NCBI GenBank assembly: GCA_965226465.1
Contig: OZ245362.1
Location: forward strand, 769,931-833,930
Length of the DNA: 64,000 nt
Origin: Parvibaculaceae bacterium
GTDB taxonomy: Bacteria; Pseudomonadota; Alphaproteobacteria; RS24; CBDDDD01
Direction: 5' to 3'
Under the pieces are notes generated by a model. That model was given only the letters and a program-made list of their open reading frames with translations. It had not been told where the DNA came from and did no database searches. Shown here piece after piece: positions 60,829 through 64,000 of this stretch. Each line of letters begins with the position of its first letter. Within the stretch, counting starts at the first letter, position 1. A program made the translations under genes and the position numbers.

Positions 60829-61479
60829 ATGCCCAAAACCCGCCATACCAACCGCATAGCCCGCCAAATTGCCTGCGCCATTCTCACGGGAAAATATAAG
60901 CAAGGAGCGATGATAGACACAAGCGGCTTGGAAAAGCAGTTTTCCGCCTCACGAACAATTATTCGCGAAGCATTACGGCTATTAACCGCAAAAGGTCTGC
61001 TGGAAGCCCGCCCGCGCGCGGGAACCTATGTGTGCGAGGCAAAATATTGGAGCAAGCTGGATGCCTCCCTTCTCGGCTGGCGGGCAGAGATAGATAAGAG
61101 CAACACCCTCCTCCACGAGCTTCTGGATTTACGCCTATGCTATGAGCCGAATATTTTGCGCCTAAGCGCAAGGCGTATCAACGACACGCAAAAGACGGCA
61201 CTGAAAGAGAGCTATCAAGCACTGTACACCACCCCCAACGCAAAAAATGAGGCAGCATTTTACCATATCCTCTATGAGGCGGCGCAAAACCCGCTCATCA
61301 GCACGCTTGCCACACCCTGTCGGATAAGTCTGGAAGTGATGGAGCAGCAAGGCAGATATGAGCGCTTTTCGCCCCATTTTCCGGCAAATCTCCTTGAGTG
61401 TTGCGATAAGGGTGATGGCGAAACCGCCTATAAAACCGCCAATGATGCGCTCATCCAAAGCCTGCAAAACCACGCATAA
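60829..61479 (+). CDS. GntR-family (FadR subfamily) transcriptional regulator
   Basis: 216 aa with an N-terminal wHTH (LEKQFSASRTIIREALRLLTAKGLLEARPRAGTYV) and an all-helical FCD-like C-terminal domain. Confidence 0.85.
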   Translation: MPKTRHTNRIARQIACAILTGKYKQGAMIDTSGLEKQFSASRTIIREALRLLTAKGLLEARPRAGTYVCEAKYWSKLDASLLGWRAEIDKSNTLLHELLDLRLCYEPNILRLSARRINDTQKTALKESYQALYTTPNAKNEAAFYHILYEAAQNPLISTLATPCRISLEVMEQQGRYERFSPHFPANLLECCDKGDGETAYKTANDALIQSLQNHA

Positions 61480-61724
61480 GGCATAAAAATTCCCCCCTTA
61501 CAGCAAGGGAAGATAAAGCCGCAAGGGGGGAGAGACCCCACTATAGAAACTGGCGGGGATAGCCAACTCCGATAAGTGATACTGGTTAAACGTAAGGGCG
61601 GGGAAAAATCCGTCGCAAAAAATATATTTTTTTTGAGGCGGGTTTTTCGCACTTCATACGTTTATTTAGGTAAGGAAGATAAAAAATTACACCGCTCGCA
61701 AAAAGAGCAGATAAGATAAGGTAG

Positions 61725-62297
61725 ATGAATGATGAGAAGCAGTTTCACGAACAGGCAAGGCTCAGCGATGCAAGTCTTATGGATAGGATTGGGCGCGGCG
61801 ACAATTCCGCCTGCGAGGAGATTGTTGAACGCCACCTCCCCAATATCCTTGCCCTCGCCCGCTCTCGCATTGGCGACATGCATATGGCGGAGGATATCGC
61901 CCAAGAGGTTTTTCTCACCCTGTGGAAGCAGGCACATAAATGGAAGCCGGACGCACAGCTTTCCACATGGCTATACCGGGTCACAATTAATCGCAGCATT
62001 GACGAGCTCCGCAAAAAAAGACCGCTCCCCCTTGCAGAGGGTTATGACGCCATTGATGAGACGCCCGGCTCCTTTGAGCAAATGGCACATAAACAGCAAT
62101 GCCAAGCCTTACATAAGGCAATTTCAACCTTGCCGGAGCGACAAAGGGAGGTCATTGAGCTATGTTATTTAAGCGAGATGAAGCAGCAGGAAGCCGCAGA
62201 AATATTGGGCATAAGCCTAGAAAGCGTAGAAAGTGCGCTCCGCCGCGCCCGCCTTTCCTTATTGGAAAAAATGGAGAAACCCCATGATAGAGGATAA
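61725..62297 (+). CDS. ECF-type RNA polymerase sigma factor
   Basis: 190 aa with region 2 (AEDIAQEVFLTLWKQAHKW...STWLYRVTINRSIDELRK) and region 4 (LPERQREVIELCYLSEMKQQEAAEILGISLESVESALRRAR). Confidence 0.9.
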   Translation: MNDEKQFHEQARLSDASLMDRIGRGDNSACEEIVERHLPNILALARSRIGDMHMAEDIAQEVFLTLWKQAHKWKPDAQLSTWLYRVTINRSIDELRKKRPLPLAEGYDAIDETPGSFEQMAHKQQCQALHKAISTLPERQREVIELCYLSEMKQQEAAEILGISLESVESALRRARLSLLEKMEKPHDRG

Positions 62298-62595
62298 GCA
62301 CCATAAACAGATAGAAGCTCTGCTACAGCCCTTAAAGCAGAATGTTTCCCAAGAGCTAAAACACGCCATTTTAGCACCACAACAGCGCACCCATTTCGGC
62401 TCCCGCTTTCGCATCAGCATTGTAAGCGCTATGGCGGCATGTCTGGTATTGGGATTTTTCACCCCGGCTTTCTTTACCGAACACTCTTTCTCACCTGTGC
62501 CTTTGGAGCAGGTAGAAAGCCAGACATTGGAAAATGATGTCTGGCAGATAGCAAATAACCAAAATGAACTATGGAAGGAATGGCAAGATGAGTAA
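62284..62595 (+). CDS. putative anti-sigma factor, single-TM
   Basis: 103 aa from ATG 62284, which overlaps the sigma gene by 14 nt. It has one TM helix (ISIVSAMAACLVLGFFTPAFF). No zf-HC2 motif was seen, so the assignment is by position only. Confidence 0.5.
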   Translation: MIEDKHHKQIEALLQPLKQNVSQELKHAILAPQQRTHFGSRFRISIVSAMAACLVLGFFTPAFFTEHSFSPVPLEQVESQTLENDVWQIANNQNELWKEWQDE

Positions 62596-63238
62596 GAAAA
62601 CTATCACAATCGTAATTTCAGCACTGGTACTTTCACTGGGTCTGAATTTATTGTTTATCGGCAATAAAATAGGCAGCAGCCATATGCAGCATAAGAAAAA
62701 ATGGCATGCAAGTCAGGGCTATATGCATAAAAAAGACCATCAAAAAGGGCGTATGGAACATATGCGCGATGGCAAAAGAGGGGCAATGTCCCATAAGCGA
62801 AAAGGCGGCAAAGCCATGCCCCATAAAGGCAAAAAGGGCATGCATGCCGGCAGACAAAGCAATCCCATTGCAAGGCTCGTCCAAAGCCTGGAGCCGGAAA
62901 AGCGTGAGGAGATTAAAAGTGTGATAAAGCCTCAACATGAGCGCATGCGTGAATATAGCCGTAATTATTCGGAAGCACGCACCCGCATATTGGCGCTGTT
63001 AAAGGCAGAAAAGCTGGATATGACCGCTCTGCAAACCGAGCTTGAGGCGTTGAATGATCTGGAGACAAATCTCAGAGGCAATTTCTACATGATGGTTCTG
63101 GAGCTCTCCAACAGCCTTCCCGCCGATGCGCGCGGCAAGATTATCCGCCTATTGGATTTCAAGGCATCCCCCAAAGGGCAAGTCATGAAAGCAAAAAGAC
63201 AGGGTGAGAGAGGCAAAAAGAAGAAGTCTAATAACTAG
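62588..63238 (+). CDS. periplasmic heavy-metal-sensor/Spy-CpxP-like protein with His/Met/Lys-rich N-terminal region
   Basis: 216 aa from ATG 62588, which overlaps the previous gene (ATGAGTAA). It has an N-terminal signal/anchor. The segment HMQHKKKWHASQGYMHKKDHQKGRMEHMRDGKRGAMSHKRKGGKAMPHKGKKGMHAG is followed by a helical region (RILALLKAEKLDMTALQTELEAL) typical of Metal_resist/LTXXQ-type proteins. Confidence 0.65.
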   Translation: MSKKTITIVISALVLSLGLNLLFIGNKIGSSHMQHKKKWHASQGYMHKKDHQKGRMEHMRDGKRGAMSHKRKGGKAMPHKGKKGMHAGRQSNPIARLVQSLEPEKREEIKSVIKPQHERMREYSRNYSEARTRILALLKAEKLDMTALQTELEALNDLETNLRGNFYMMVLELSNSLPADARGKIIRLLDFKASPKGQVMKAKRQGERGKKKKSNN

Positions 63239-63241
63239 CCT

Positions 63242-63988
63242 TTAGCCAAGCATGCGCTTTATGAAGTCCTTATGGCGGTCCCAGAAATAATGTTTCAACA
63301 CGCCGCCAATATGCAAACCGATAAGGGCGAAGAACAGATAAGGAAAAACTTCCTTATGCATAAAGGCAAGCTGCTTGCCCTGCATACGGTCAGGCTCGAC
63401 GAGATGCGGTAGCTGAATAAAGAAGAGCTTTGTGCCATGGTCAAAATAGGAAGACATAAGAAATCCCGATAATGGCCATGCAATGATGATGAGATAAAGC
63501 ATGATATGGACAAAGCGCGAGGCTCTTCTTTCCCGCATAGAAATCTCCGAAAAGGGGTCAGGCGGCGGCGAAAAAAGCAACCATAAAAGCCGAAAGCCCG
63601 CCAGAAACAGCACCGTCATTCCAAGCGATTTATGAGCCATATATAACGCCCCGCTAGGGAAGCTATATCCGTCCCCGCCCATAAAAAAGCCAAGCGGCAC
63701 CAGCAGCAATATCAGAAACGCGATACTCCAATGAAAAAAGCGCGCCACCAATCCATAGGCATGGATATTATTATGCATGGCAACCCGCATGGCATGAGGC
63801 TTCTCCCCAACCGATTCGCGCAATGCCTGAACGCTCACCCAAAACCCGGTGAGCAGAGCGGCAAATGCAAAAATAGCAAGAATGATAATGCGCTCCTGTG
63901 AAAAGCGCACCATCTCATCCATAAAAAAAGCACCCCCCAATAAACCAGAAACCGCCAGTAAAGAAAGCCCAACAATCAGCTTCCCCAA
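63242..63988 (-). CDS. cytochrome b561-type (Ni_hydr_CYTB-like) membrane protein; 5' end may extend beyond the annotated Met
   Basis: At least 248 aa with TM helices carrying conserved His (RFFHWSIAFLILL, MAHKSLG, FVHIMLYLII, GLHIGGVLKH). The frame remains close to the window end. Confidence 0.7.
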   Translation of the reverse strand: MGKLIVGLSLLAVSGLLGGAFFMDEMVRFSQERIIILAIFAFAALLTGFWVSVQALRESVGEKPHAMRVAMHNNIHAYGLVARFFHWSIAFLILLLVPLGFFMGGDGYSFPSGALYMAHKSLGMTVLFLAGFRLLWLLFSPPPDPFSEISMRERRASRFVHIMLYLIIIAWPLSGFLMSSYFDHGTKLFFIQLPHLVEPDRMQGKQLAFMHKEVFPYLFFALIGLHIGGVLKHYFWDRHKDFIKRMLG

Positions 63989-64000
63989 AATACGAAAAAT

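Noticed and set aside
61480-61724. Possible cobalamin riboswitch (GGGCGGGGAAAAATCCG resembles the GGTGAAAATCC core)
   Set aside because: The other conserved elements (B12 box, CCCGC..ACTGT) are absent. The downstream gene is an ECF sigma factor, and the transport genes are on the other side of a GntR gene.
1-64000. CRISPR arrays, IS elements, integrases, prophage or known multi-gene defence systems
   Set aside because: No spaced direct-repeat array, transposase- or integrase-like ORF, or long terminal inverted repeats were seen anywhere. The only defence-like element is the two-gene TA islet.

Overview
This 64 kb window is a very compact chromosomal segment with alphaproteobacterial gene content: ctrA, petABC (cytochrome bc1), ALA-synthase hemA, split pntAA/pntAB/pntB and a COQ9-rpsU divergent pair. 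About 70 genes are packed with many 1-4 nt overlaps. Most are housekeeping: uvrC, pgsA, moaDE, ilvE, proC, lgt, prs, rplY, pth, ychF, hemF/hemA/hemH, cca, mnmA, gltBD, sugar-nucleotide genes, and one tRNA-Met. No rRNA, CRISPR array, transposase, integrase or phage gene was seen. The strongest candidate system is a complete four-gene bufferin-type RiPP operon at 40901-43237. It encodes a Sec-signal DUF2282 Cys-rich precursor, a DUF692/MNIO enzyme, a DUF2063 partner and DoxX, and this family is only recently and sparsely characterised. Other accessory or unusual loci follow.
- An AT-rich two-gene DUF4258/HTH toxin-antitoxin-like islet sits exactly between ychF and petC, with a perfect palindromic operator.
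- A signal-peptide ankyrin-repeat gene is translationally coupled inside the pnt transhydrogenase operon.
- A glycine-zipper lipoprotein lies next to tRNA-Met.
- An ECF sigma / anti-sigma / His-Met-rich periplasmic protein module lies at 61725-63238.
- A motif-divergent PEPC-like gene is coupled to a SemiSWEET.
- A TonB/ABC uptake operon carries a second orphan ATPase and msrA.
- Two real small genes fall below the ORF-track cutoff: rpmJ and a COX4-like 37-aa gene.

All calls rest on reading the translations and the sequence. No database search was run, and family assignments are from motif recognition.
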